In this document: piece by piece, positions 46,653-55,606 of the stretch
Numbering within the stretch: position 1 is the first letter of the stretch
How the letters are laid out: each line of letters starts with the position of its first letter
Source: Spirochaetia bacterium
GTDB lineage: Bacteria; Spirochaetota; Spirochaetia; DSM-2461
DNA length: 64,000 nucleotides
Reading direction: 5' to 3'
NCBI GenBank assembly: GCA_963668315.1
Contig: OY764216.1
Location: 256,001-320,000, forward strand
The notes under the pieces: model-generated
Databases searched by the model: none
Told to the model about the DNA's origin: nothing
Seen by the model: the letters and a program-made list of their open reading frames with translations, nothing else
Made by a program: the position numbers and the translations under genes

Positions 46653-49103
46653 ATGGCCCGGCATAGAAAGCCCCTCCTCCTTTTTCCTTTCATTCTCCTT
46701 CTCACCATCTCCTGCCCTTCGGCCAAAAGGAATTTTCTGAATAAAGAGGAGATCGCCTGGCTCAGGCAAAAGGGAGGAAAAGTCCAGGTCCTCTTCGGCT
46801 ATGAAGCCCCTCCCGACGCCTTTACCAACAGCCTGGGGACGTACGACGGTCTGCTGGTCGACTATTTCCGGGAGATAGAGGCCACCCTTCATATGTCCAT
46901 TCCCATGAAGATATTCCCCTCCTGGATAGATATCATGGAGTACTCCCGGGAGGGGGAGGACTATATCATCTTCGGTATAGTCGAAACGGAGCAGCGGAAC
47001 GAGTACCTGCTCTTCACCGACCCGTTCTACAAGCACCAGTTCAGCATCATCACCCTGCCGGACAGCGATATAGAAACACTGTCCGATCTGGAGGACAAAC
47101 GGTTTGCCGTGGTTAACGGATACGCCATCACGGAACTCCTGGCAGAGGACTATCCCGCTCTGGCCCCGATCCCGGTGGAAAACGACCTCATCGGGCTCAG
47201 GGCGGTGGCCGATGGGGAAATAGATGCCTTCGTGACCTTCAAACTGTACGGAATCTACGTGGCCGAAACCCAGGGGATTAAAGATCTGCGCATGATACCC
47301 CTGAGCGAATACAATGTGGAGTACCGCATCGCCGTCTCCCGATCGGACGCCACTCTTCGGAGTATCATGGAAAAAACCCTGAAGCAGATCAGCAACAGGC
47401 GAAAAAGGGAGCTGGATCTCAGGTGGAACAGCCTGAGCACCACAAGAATCAGCACGCGTCTCAAGGGGATCCTTTTCTCCTCCCTGGCGGCATTCATTCT
47501 TATTACGGCGGTGGTTTTTTTCTGGCTCTACCTCTTAAGGAAGGAAGTGAACCGGCAGACGAAGATCATCAGAGAAAGCGAGAAGAAATTCCGACGGCTG
47601 GCACAGAACCAGCACGCCCTCATCCTCTCCATTCCCGACGCCATGGCTATCGCCGACGAACAGTCGCGGATTATCGAGGCGAACGATATACTTTCACATA
47701 TGCTGGACCAGACGGAAGAGGAGATGAAGGGTAAAAGGGTCAGTGAAATTCTTCCCTTCAAATCGCCTTCCGATTATCTGAATCTGAAAAATATGGCGGA
47801 GCGGATGGTTTCCGGGGCCAGTCCCGTCCTCTCCTTCAACGCCGCCATACTCACGAAAAATGAGGAAGAGATCATACTGAGCATATCGGGAGCCCCCATC
47901 ATAAGCGAAGGGGATACACGACTGGGAGAGATATGGATACTCAAGGATATAACCGACCAGAGGACTATTGAAAATGAAGTCCTGGAATCCAGGAAGCTGG
48001 ATACTCTGGCGGTTCTCGCCGGCGGGATCGCCCACGACTTCAACAATCTTCTCACCGGTCTCTACGGATATATCGATTTAAGCCTTTTGACCGTGGACGA
48101 CAGGGAGGCTGTAAAAGAGAACCTCAACCGGGCGCTGAGCTCCCTGGACAACGCCAAGAAACTGACCGCCCAGATGCTCTCTTTCTCCCGGGGAGGCGAT
48201 GCGAAAAAGGAGATAATCAATCCCTCCAAATTCCTCCCCGAGACCGCGGAATTTTCTCTGCACGGCAGAAATATAACCCTTACGACGGATTTCGAAGAGA
48301 ATCTGCCTTCCCTTTACGCCGACAGGGGACAACTCAGTCAGGTCATAAGCAATCTGGTCATCAACGCGGGACAGGCCATGAAAAGCTATGGGGAGATCCG
48401 GATATCGGCTTATCGGGAACAGAGGGAGGACCGAACCTTCCTGCGCATAAGTGTGAAGGATTCCGGCCCGGGGATTCCTCCCGATATTCAGAAAGAGATA
48501 TTCAAGCCCTATTTTACCACGAAAAAGGAAGGGAACGGCCTGGGGCTGGCTTCTTGCCGGACGATTATTGAAAACCATAACGGAACCATCGGTCTTGTCT
48601 CTTCGCCGGGGGAGGGAGCGGAATTCATCATCACCCTGCCCGTATACGATACGGGGGAGAGGGAAGGGCCCGATGAAGTTCCCCTTCCTATGAAGGACAC
48701 GGCGATCCTGGAAGAGACGGCTCTCGTCCTGGAAAAGAATAAGGATATCCGATTGATCATGAACCATTTCCTAGGAGAGATGGGCTTTACCGTTCAGAAT
48801 GTCTCAACCACGGGAGAGGCTCTGAATCTGTATAGCCAATCGATGGACAGGCAGCGTCCCTTCGGACTCGTGCTCGTCGACATAGCCTTTGACCACGAAC
48901 CCTGCCTGAATTCCCTGGCCCAGAAGATCAGAAGAATCAACAGGAACGCCGTGGTCATGGCCACTAGCGGTTCCCTTGACCGGGAAGAGTTGATTACCCC
49001 GGAGAAGTGCGCCTATTCGGGCATACTGCTGAAACCCTTTTCCTTTGCGGATTTTTCATCCGCAGTGAAACAGGCCGTCAGCAAAGAATCGGACAAGACC
49101 TAA
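46653..49103 (+). CDS. Hybrid sensor histidine kinase (periplasmic-binding-protein sensor + PAS + HisKA/HATPase + receiver)
   Basis: AGGIAHDFNNLL H-box, NLVINA, DSGPGI, FTTK, GLGL; C-terminal receiver (LVD, ATSG, KPF). Confidence 0.92.
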   Translation: MARHRKPLLLFPFILLLTISCPSAKRNFLNKEEIAWLRQKGGKVQVLFGYEAPPDAFTNSLGTYDGLLVDYFREIEATLHMSIPMKIFPSWIDIMEYSREGEDYIIFGIVETEQRNEYLLFTDPFYKHQFSIITLPDSDIETLSDLEDKRFAVVNGYAITELLAEDYPALAPIPVENDLIGLRAVADGEIDAFVTFKLYGIYVAETQGIKDLRMIPLSEYNVEYRIAVSRSDATLRSIMEKTLKQISNRRKRELDLRWNSLSTTRISTRLKGILFSSLAAFILITAVVFFWLYLLRKEVNRQTKIIRESEKKFRRLAQNQHALILSIPDAMAIADEQSRIIEANDILSHMLDQTEEEMKGKRVSEILPFKSPSDYLNLKNMAERMVSGASPVLSFNAAILTKNEEEIILSISGAPIISEGDTRLGEIWILKDITDQRTIENEVLESRKLDTLAVLAGGIAHDFNNLLTGLYGYIDLSLLTVDDREAVKENLNRALSSLDNAKKLTAQMLSFSRGGDAKKEIINPSKFLPETAEFSLHGRNITLTTDFEENLPSLYADRGQLSQVISNLVINAGQAMKSYGEIRISAYREQREDRTFLRISVKDSGPGIPPDIQKEIFKPYFTTKKEGNGLGLASCRTIIENHNGTIGLVSSPGEGAEFIITLPVYDTGEREGPDEVPLPMKDTAILEETALVLEKNKDIRLIMNHFLGEMGFTVQNVSTTGEALNLYSQSMDRQRPFGLVLVDIAFDHEPCLNSLAQKIRRINRNAVVMATSGSLDREELITPEKCAYSGILLKPFSFADFSSAVKQAVSKESDKT

Positions 49104-50089
49104 AACCCGTCCACTTCCACCCCTTCCTTTCGGGCTTTTTCGAGAGCAGTCCATCCCCGCTGACCGGGATACCGCACGCCCCGGCCTCCCGGAACCGGCT
49201 CGCTTTCCAGGACCCAGTCCATCAGCTCCTCCATGAGCGCCCCGTATCCCTCCAGATCGCCCAGTGCGGCAATATTAAGGGCCATGACGTGCACGTTCTG
49301 TCCGCCCTCCCCCTCCTTATTGATCGGAAGAGCCCCGGCCGCCGCAGTCAGGGCCTCTATGAGCATGGCCAGGGCCGTTCCCCTGAATCCGTAATGCTCC
49401 CCGCCGAAGGGCATAATCGTTCCTCCCCTCTCGGTCACCCGCGGATCGTCCGTCGCCTCACCTTCCCCGGTCCGGTAGAGCTTCTCTTCAGTGCGCTCCC
49501 CCGCCTTCCGCATCCTTACCGTTTTACCCATGGAAATGGCGGCGGTGGAAAAGTCGGCCACCACCGGCCTGTCCCGGTACGCGCCCTCCCCCAGGGGAAA
49601 GGAAAAAGCCATGGGGCTGGTATTGAACCGGGCCTCCCTGCCGCCGTGGGGAGCGGTAAAAGCCAGCCGGGACGTCTGGTTCCAGCTCATCATCAGAAAG
49701 CCTTTGCGGGCGTAGGCGGCCAGATGGTAGCCCATGGTGCCCACCCAGCCCCCGTTGGTCAGGGAAACAAAGCCTACACCGTGCTCCTCCGCCAGGGAGG
49801 CGGCTTTTTCCGATCCCCAGAGTATGGGCTCCACCGCAGGTGTCAAGGAGCAGTCCGCCGCCGCCAGGGCCCCGAAACTCCGGGTCACGCGGGGGGGGAT
49901 GATCCTGTCCGGATGCTTCCGGATATTCTCTATCATGCTGATCAGGGGAGGAAGCCCGTGGGTATCCGTGCCGAAGCCGTGAACTTCTATCTGAGCCCGG
50001 GACATGGCGCGGGCCCGCTCCTCGCTCACCCCCAGACCGGTCAGCTCTTTCGTATAGTGATCAATCAATCTGTCCATGGTGACAATCAT
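49100..50089 (-). CDS. Ldh-2 family oxidoreductase
   Basis: HGFGTDTHG, FNTSPMAF, ADFST, PFGGEHYGFRG, VRYPGQRG; substrate not determinable. Confidence 0.82.
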   Translation of the reverse strand: MIVTMDRLIDHYTKELTGLGVSEERARAMSRAQIEVHGFGTDTHGLPPLISMIENIRKHPDRIIPPRVTRSFGALAAADCSLTPAVEPILWGSEKAASLAEEHGVGFVSLTNGGWVGTMGYHLAAYARKGFLMMSWNQTSRLAFTAPHGGREARFNTSPMAFSFPLGEGAYRDRPVVADFSTAAISMGKTVRMRKAGERTEEKLYRTGEGEATDDPRVTERGGTIMPFGGEHYGFRGTALAMLIEALTAAAGALPINKEGEGGQNVHVMALNIAALGDLEGYGALMEELMDWVLESEPVPGGRGVRYPGQRGWTALEKARKEGVEVDGF

Positions 50090-50200
50090 TTCCTCTATCC
50101 TCCCTCAGATGAGTCGTCCTTTGCCCCACTATATCAGGCCGCCCCTCCTCCGTCCATAGATCTGTTCCTTCTCCGGATTTATGGTATACTACCCTGCGAT

Positions 50201-51112
50201 ATGGACGGAAAGAGCTCACTGGCGCAGAAGATTGCCGAATATGACTACCTGGACCTGCACATCCACCTTGAGAATGTGCCCGGAGAATTTCTGTGCTCCG
50301 ACGTTCTCTACTTCGCCTCGTCGGTTAACGGCGCTTCCTATGACAGGATTAAGACCCTCTCCGACAGGTTCCCCCAGGTCATTCCCCAGTTCGGCATCCA
50401 TCCCATGAAGGCCGCGGAGGAGAGCCTCTGCGGGGATAATACCTTGCGTCTTGTGAAAGAGTGCGGCCTTATCGGGGAGATCGGCCTGGATTTCCACTGG
50501 GTGGAGGACCGCCGCACCGACACGGCGCAGAGGGCGGCTTTCAGAATGTTTCTCCAGGCCGCGGCGTCCACGGGCGCCCCTCCGGTGATCCACACCAAGG
50601 GGGCCGAGGAGGAAATCCTTACGCTCCTGGACGAATATTCCATTGGCAACGCCCTGATCCACTGGTATTCAGGGCCGCCCTCCCTCCTGCCGGCCTATGC
50701 AGAACGGGGATGCTTCTTCACCGTCGGGCCCGATGTTCTCGCCGGAACGGAGACGGCCCTCCTTATTCCCCGGGATCGTCTTCTCTGCGAAACGGACAAC
50801 CCCACGGGCGTTCCCTGGATTACCGGGGGGAAACCGGGAGGGGACGACATCAAAAGGGTTTACCGGGGGACGGCGGATCTTCTGGGAGTGAGCGAGGAGT
50901 ATCTGGTCAGGCTCTGCCGGGAGAACGCCCTCAGTTGGCTTGATTGCCAGGGCAGAGAAAAACCAGGGGACAGTGATCGCAGTCGGGCTTGCGGGCGAAG
51001 CAGTATTTGCGTCCGTGAAGGTTCACCCCCATGGAGAAATCGGACTGGATCTCCCGGGGAATCGCCCGTACCAGCTGCTTCTCTATCTTCTCCGGTTCGG
51101 TGTCGTTCGTAA
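50201..51112 (+). CDS. tatD: TatD-family hydrolase (3' end overlaps nth)
   Basis: DLHIHL, GIHP, IGEIGLD, VIHT, IHWYSG, CETDNP; real start about 50201, not 49007. Confidence 0.82.
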   Translation: MDGKSSLAQKIAEYDYLDLHIHLENVPGEFLCSDVLYFASSVNGASYDRIKTLSDRFPQVIPQFGIHPMKAAEESLCGDNTLRLVKECGLIGEIGLDFHWVEDRRTDTAQRAAFRMFLQAAASTGAPPVIHTKGAEEEILTLLDEYSIGNALIHWYSGPPSLLPAYAERGCFFTVGPDVLAGTETALLIPRDRLLCETDNPTGVPWITGGKPGGDDIKRVYRGTADLLGVSEEYLVRLCRENALSWLDCQGREKPGDSDRSRACGRSSICVREGSPPWRNRTGSPGESPVPAASLSSPVRCRS

Positions 51113-51563
51113 ACCCCAGTCTTCGGCTGACCCTCTTGAAATGGGTGTCCACAATAATGGCCGGTTTGTCAAAGATGTGATAAAGGATGACGTTGGCCGT
51201 TTTCCGCCCGACTCCGGGAAGAGCCGTCAGAGCTTCCATGGTATCGGGGAGGGAGTTATCGCCCCTCTCCTTCAGAGCTTCGGCGGTCTTGATGATGTTG
51301 GCGGCTTTCATGCGGAAAAACCCGGTCGGCCGGATAAGGGACTCCACCTCGGCCGGATCGGCGGCGGCCAGCTCGGCGGGGCCGGGAAAGCGCCGGAAGA
51401 GTTCGGGAGTCACCCTGTTCACTCCCGCATCGGTTGTCTGGGTCGAAAGAATGACCGCAATTAGAAGTTCAAAGGGATTCCGGTAGTGTAGAAGGGGGCG
51501 GCGATCGGGATACTCCTCATTAAGGATTTCCGTAACCTTCCGGGCTTTCTCGGCCTTCGTCAT
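50931..51563 (-). CDS. nth: Endonuclease III
   Basis: FELLIAVILSTQTTD, HhH LPGVGRKTANV, VDTH, C-x6-C-x2-C-x5-C Fe-S motif. Confidence 0.95.
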   Translation of the reverse strand: MTKAEKARKVTEILNEEYPDRRPLLHYRNPFELLIAVILSTQTTDAGVNRVTPELFRRFPGPAELAAADPAEVESLIRPTGFFRMKAANIIKTAEALKERGDNSLPDTMEALTALPGVGRKTANVILYHIFDKPAIIVDTHFKRVSRRLGFTNDTEPEKIEKQLVRAIPREIQSDFSMGVNLHGRKYCFARKPDCDHCPLVFLCPGNQAN

Positions 51564-51739
51564 CTCTCCACTCTCCCTTTTCATCCGTCTTGCCGAAAGA
51601 ATACCCCCATAAGACATTCCAGGTAAAGTCCCGCTCCTTTCTGCTCAGGGGAATCTCCTGTAAAAATCAACAAGCCATTAGCCATAATCGCGGGAATGCT
51701 ATATAATTGAATGAAATATATTATTCAAGGAGAGATATT

Positions 51740-52234
51740 ATGAAAAAGATTCTAGGTACCGGACTCATCCTGGCCGTACTTGTCTTTACCCTGTCCTGCG
51801 CCACCGACTCGCAGAAAATGGCGGCCGAAGTGGAAGAGCAGATCCAGTCCGCCGACCTGCCCAATGTAGAGGTGACCGCCGACCAGGAAGGGGTCCACAT
51901 CATCACCACCGGCCTGCTGTTTGAGCCGGAATCCTCGACACTGACCGACGAGATAACCGCCCAGCTGGATGAGCTCGGTATTATCCTCCAGGGATACGAT
52001 GGACACGATGTCCTGGTGGAAGGCCATTCCGCCCTCGTTGGCGCCGCCAGCGCCATCCAGAAGCTTTCCGATGCCCGAGCCAGGGCCATCGCCGATTATC
52101 TTCTTGAAAAAGGCTATGTGACGTCCTCCCAGATTACCTCCATCGGCCGGGGCGCCTCCGAACCGGTCGCCACAAACGACACAAAAGAGGGCCGTGCCCT
52201 GAACAGAAGAGTGGAAATAACCATCCTGAACTAA
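51740..52234 (+). CDS. OmpA-family peptidoglycan-binding lipoprotein
   Basis: Start MKKILG (SD AAGGAG); lipobox TLSC; VEGHS, LSDARA, GRALNRRVEI. Confidence 0.9.
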   Translation: MKKILGTGLILAVLVFTLSCATDSQKMAAEVEEQIQSADLPNVEVTADQEGVHIITTGLLFEPESSTLTDEITAQLDELGIILQGYDGHDVLVEGHSALVGAASAIQKLSDARARAIADYLLEKGYVTSSQITSIGRGASEPVATNDTKEGRALNRRVEITILN

Positions 52235-52367
52235 ACGCCGTTTTTTACGTTCCCGAAAAATGACAGAAACGATATATGTCAATGATCGGGAACGGTAAAA
52301 AATGATGGCTAGCCCCGCCATTTTCCGATATACTTCGTAACAGACAACAGCAAGGAGAACTCATTTC

Positions 52368-53921
52368 ATGAAGGAAGGACGTGACGAAGATATACTGGGT
52401 ATTATTCCCCCGGTCAAAATGATCATTAAGGAGGGGGGAACCTTCTCCCTGAAAAACCTCCCCCCCGTGTATTACGGACAGGATGAACTGAAGGACAGCG
52501 CCCTGCTGCTGGCGTCCTGCCTCTGCGGCCAGGGGGAAGGCAGGACAGCCCCGGCTCCTGAGAACATTTCCGGGGGTCGGACGGTGATCCTGACCCTGGA
52601 GGGGGCCCCCTCCGAACAGGCGATGGGCTTCCCCGACGAATCCTACACCGTCAAAATCACCCCGGAGGGCATAAGGGTGAGCGCGCCGGACAAGGCGGGC
52701 ATAGCCCGGGCGGTCCAGACGATACGGCAGGCGGCCTTCCCATCGGACGATCTCCCCTGCCTGACCATAAATGACCGGCCGCGCTTTCCCTGGCGGGGGA
52801 TGCATCTGGATGTGTCCCGCCACTTTTTTCCCAAGGATTACATTCTCCGCTTCATCGATACGATAGCCCTGTTCCGCTTCAACAAGCTTCACCTCCACCT
52901 TACCGACGACCAGGGCTGGCGGGCGGAAATAAGGAAGTATCCCCTTCTGACGGAGATCGGTTCCCTGAGGGAGTCGACGGTGATCGGCCATAACAGGGAA
53001 CGGCCCCTGAAATACCGGGACGTACCGTACGGCGGATACTACACCCGGGAAGAGATGGAGGAGATGGTGGAGTACGCCCGCATCAGGGAGATTGATATCG
53101 TTCCGGAGATTGATATGCCGGGCCACATGCAGGCGGCCATAGCGGCCTATCCCGAACTGGGCTGCACCGATATGAAGCTGAAGCCCCGGTGCCAGTGGGG
53201 AATCAGCCAGCATATCCTCAACGCGGAAGAATCGACCATAGAGTTCATGAAAGACATCCTCGACGAGATCATGGAGATATTCCCCTGCCCCTATATCCAC
53301 ATAGGGGGAGACGAGGCCCTGAAGTATGAGTGGCAGGAGCAGAGACATATCCAGGAGAGGATGGCCGAGGTGGGAGTGAAATCGGAAGACGGGCTGCAGA
53401 GCTGGTTCATCTCCCGCATGGGAGAGCACCTCCACAGCCGGGGCAGGCATATGATCGGCTGGGACGAGATTCTGGAGGGCGGACTGCCCGAAGGGGCCAT
53501 CGTGATGAGCTGGCGGAGCGAAGCGGGGGGCATAGAGGCGGCCGGACAGGGGGCGCCCGTGATCAACTGCACCAGCACCCACACCTATTTCGACCACTAC
53601 CAGGGCCCGGCCGAATCGGAACCCCTGGCCATAGGGGGGGACTGTCCCCTGGAGAAGGTGTATGCCTTCGAACCGGTTCCCCGGGAGATTCCCGAAGAGA
53701 AAAAGCATCTGGTCATGGGTTCCCAGGGGCAGCTGTGGACCGAATATATCGCCGACCGGGAGTACCTGGAGTATATGGCCTTCCCCCGTGCCCTGGCCCT
53801 GGCCGAATGCCTCTGGTGCCGGCCGGAGGAGAAGGACTGGAACGTTTTCGAACAGAGGCTGGATCGGGCGGAACGCCTCCTGGACGCCCTGGGAGTCAAT
53901 TACCGCCGCCGAAACGCCTGA
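52368..53921 (+). CDS. Beta-N-acetylhexosaminidase (GH20)
   Basis: RGMHLDVSRH, HLHLTDDQGWR, PEIDMPGH, HIGGDEA, LWTEY; no obvious signal peptide. Confidence 0.93.
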   Translation: MKEGRDEDILGIIPPVKMIIKEGGTFSLKNLPPVYYGQDELKDSALLLASCLCGQGEGRTAPAPENISGGRTVILTLEGAPSEQAMGFPDESYTVKITPEGIRVSAPDKAGIARAVQTIRQAAFPSDDLPCLTINDRPRFPWRGMHLDVSRHFFPKDYILRFIDTIALFRFNKLHLHLTDDQGWRAEIRKYPLLTEIGSLRESTVIGHNRERPLKYRDVPYGGYYTREEMEEMVEYARIREIDIVPEIDMPGHMQAAIAAYPELGCTDMKLKPRCQWGISQHILNAEESTIEFMKDILDEIMEIFPCPYIHIGGDEALKYEWQEQRHIQERMAEVGVKSEDGLQSWFISRMGEHLHSRGRHMIGWDEILEGGLPEGAIVMSWRSEAGGIEAAGQGAPVINCTSTHTYFDHYQGPAESEPLAIGGDCPLEKVYAFEPVPREIPEEKKHLVMGSQGQLWTEYIADREYLEYMAFPRALALAECLWCRPEEKDWNVFEQRLDRAERLLDALGVNYRRRNA

Positions 53922-54018
53922 GGGATGGGAAGGGCCGCTCGGAGAGCGGGACCGCAGGGCCGGAGCGAACAGCGGAGCCCTGGACAGCCCGGCCCGGGGC
54001 GAGAGCCCCGGGACAGGT
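53922..54018 (+). repeat. GC-rich multi-hairpin intergenic element (repeat or ncRNA candidate)
   Basis: CCGCTC/GAGCGG, CAGGGC/GCCCTG and CCCGGGGC-GAGA-GCCCCGGG stems. Confidence 0.45.
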
Positions 54019-54161
54019 CCATAAACGTGCCAGCCGTGAGAATTCAGTGTTTTGTCGATGAAATTTCCGTGAAGTCCCGGATTTTCTCTTTCCTTGCTCT
54101 ATTTTAAAGGCTATGTTGCCGTTAATCATTACGATAACACCAATAAAAAGAGGAATTAACC

Positions 54162-54356
54162 ATGCTTGATTACGACGCGTCATACAAAACATGCGACATT
54201 TGCCGTAAGGAGTACAAGACGGAAGTCCGTCGGTACTATTGCGAGCATTGCGACAAATACTTCTATGTCTGCCCGACCTGTGAGAAAAGGGATAAGATTC
54301 CCTGCATCTTCTGCGGCGTGGGTCTGAAGAAGAAAAGGGAACCGGCTAAAAATTAG
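54162..54356 (+). CDS. 64-aa cysteine-rich microprotein (four CxxC pairs)
   Basis: SD GAGGA; CDIC, CEHC, CPTC, CIFC. Confidence 0.75.
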   Translation: MLDYDASYKTCDICRKEYKTEVRRYYCEHCDKYFYVCPTCEKRDKIPCIFCGVGLKKKREPAKN

Positions 54357-54424
54357 GATTTCCTACCGGAAATCTAGAGATTTAATTTGACCAAGGCCGT
54401 TAAAATCCTTATATTAAACCTGAT

Positions 54425-55588
54425 ATGAAACAGGTATATTTGGATAACAATGCGACGACCATCGTGGATCCCCTGGTAAAACAGGCTATGGATCCCTTTT
54501 TCTGTCAGATGTTCGGGAATCCCAATTCCCTGCACCGCTTCGGCACGGAAACCCATCCGGAAATGAGCAAGGCTCTGGACCGGCTCTACGCGGGAATCGG
54601 TGCGGGGGATGACGACGATATCCTTATCAACGGATGCGCCACCGAAGGGAACAACAACGTTCTCAAGGGCGTTTTCTGGGATATCGTCTCCCAAAGCGAC
54701 AAAAAGCGCATCATCACTTCCCAGATCGAACATCCCGCGGTTCTCCATACCTGTCAGTTCCTCGAAAGCAAAGGGGCCGAAGTGGTTTACCTTCCCGTCA
54801 GCAAAGAGGGAATCGTCACGCCGGAGATCCTGAAAAAGGAACTGGACGCCGACAGGACCGCCCTGGTCTCCATCATGTGGGCCAATAACGAGACAGGCCT
54901 GATCAATCCCATTAAGGAACTGGCCGAGATGACCAAGGAAGCGGGCGCCCTGTTCCATACGGATGCCGTGCAGGCCGTGGGAAAGGTTCCCGTGAATGTT
55001 CAGGATGTCCCGGTGGATTTCCTGACCTTTTCGGCCCATAAATTCCACGGCCCCAAGGGTGTGGGCGGCCTCTACATACGCAAGGGCCTCTCCCTCACCC
55101 CCCTCCTTCACGGAGGCGAGCAGATGGGCGGTATGAGGGCCGGTACGGTGAACGTGGCCTTCATGGTAGCCATGGGGCTCGCCATGGAGCTGGCCGCCGA
55201 ATCCCTGGAGTACGAAGACAAAGAGGTGCGCCGCCTGCGGGATAAGCTGGAAGACGCCCTGCTGGCCCTGCCCGATGTGGATATCATCGGCAGGCGGGAG
55301 ATGCGAACTCCCAATACCATCCTCGCCAGCTTCAAGGGCATAGAGGGGGAAGCCTTCCTGTGGGACCTGAACAACAAGGGGGTGGCGGCCAGTACGGGCA
55401 GCGCCTGTTCCTCCGAAGACCTTCAGGCCGATGCGACCTTCCAGGCGATGGACGTGGACGCGGACCTGGCCCATACAGGCGTGCGGTTCAGCCTGAGCCG
55501 TTTTACTACAGAGGACGAGATTGATTACGCCATTCAGGTGGTGCAGGAGACGGTGAGCCGGCTGCGGAATATTTCCAGTACCTACTAA
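54425..55588 (+). CDS. nifS: Cysteine desulfurase, NifS/IscS family
   Basis: YLDNNATT, GNPNSLH, HTDAVQ, SAHKFHGPKG (PLP Lys), STGSACSS (catalytic Cys). Confidence 0.92.
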   Translation: MKQVYLDNNATTIVDPLVKQAMDPFFCQMFGNPNSLHRFGTETHPEMSKALDRLYAGIGAGDDDDILINGCATEGNNNVLKGVFWDIVSQSDKKRIITSQIEHPAVLHTCQFLESKGAEVVYLPVSKEGIVTPEILKKELDADRTALVSIMWANNETGLINPIKELAEMTKEAGALFHTDAVQAVGKVPVNVQDVPVDFLTFSAHKFHGPKGVGGLYIRKGLSLTPLLHGGEQMGGMRAGTVNVAFMVAMGLAMELAAESLEYEDKEVRRLRDKLEDALLALPDVDIIGRREMRTPNTILASFKGIEGEAFLWDLNNKGVAASTGSACSSEDLQADATFQAMDVDADLAHTGVRFSLSRFTTEDEIDYAIQVVQETVSRLRNISSTY

Positions 55589-55606
55589 GCGCAAACAAGG
55601 ACCCCC

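Noticed and set aside
49007..50200. Apparent ~400-aa N-terminal extension of TatD (701-aa ORF)
   Set aside because: It is the antisense frame of the Ldh-2 gene; TatD has its own -10 and ATG at 50201.
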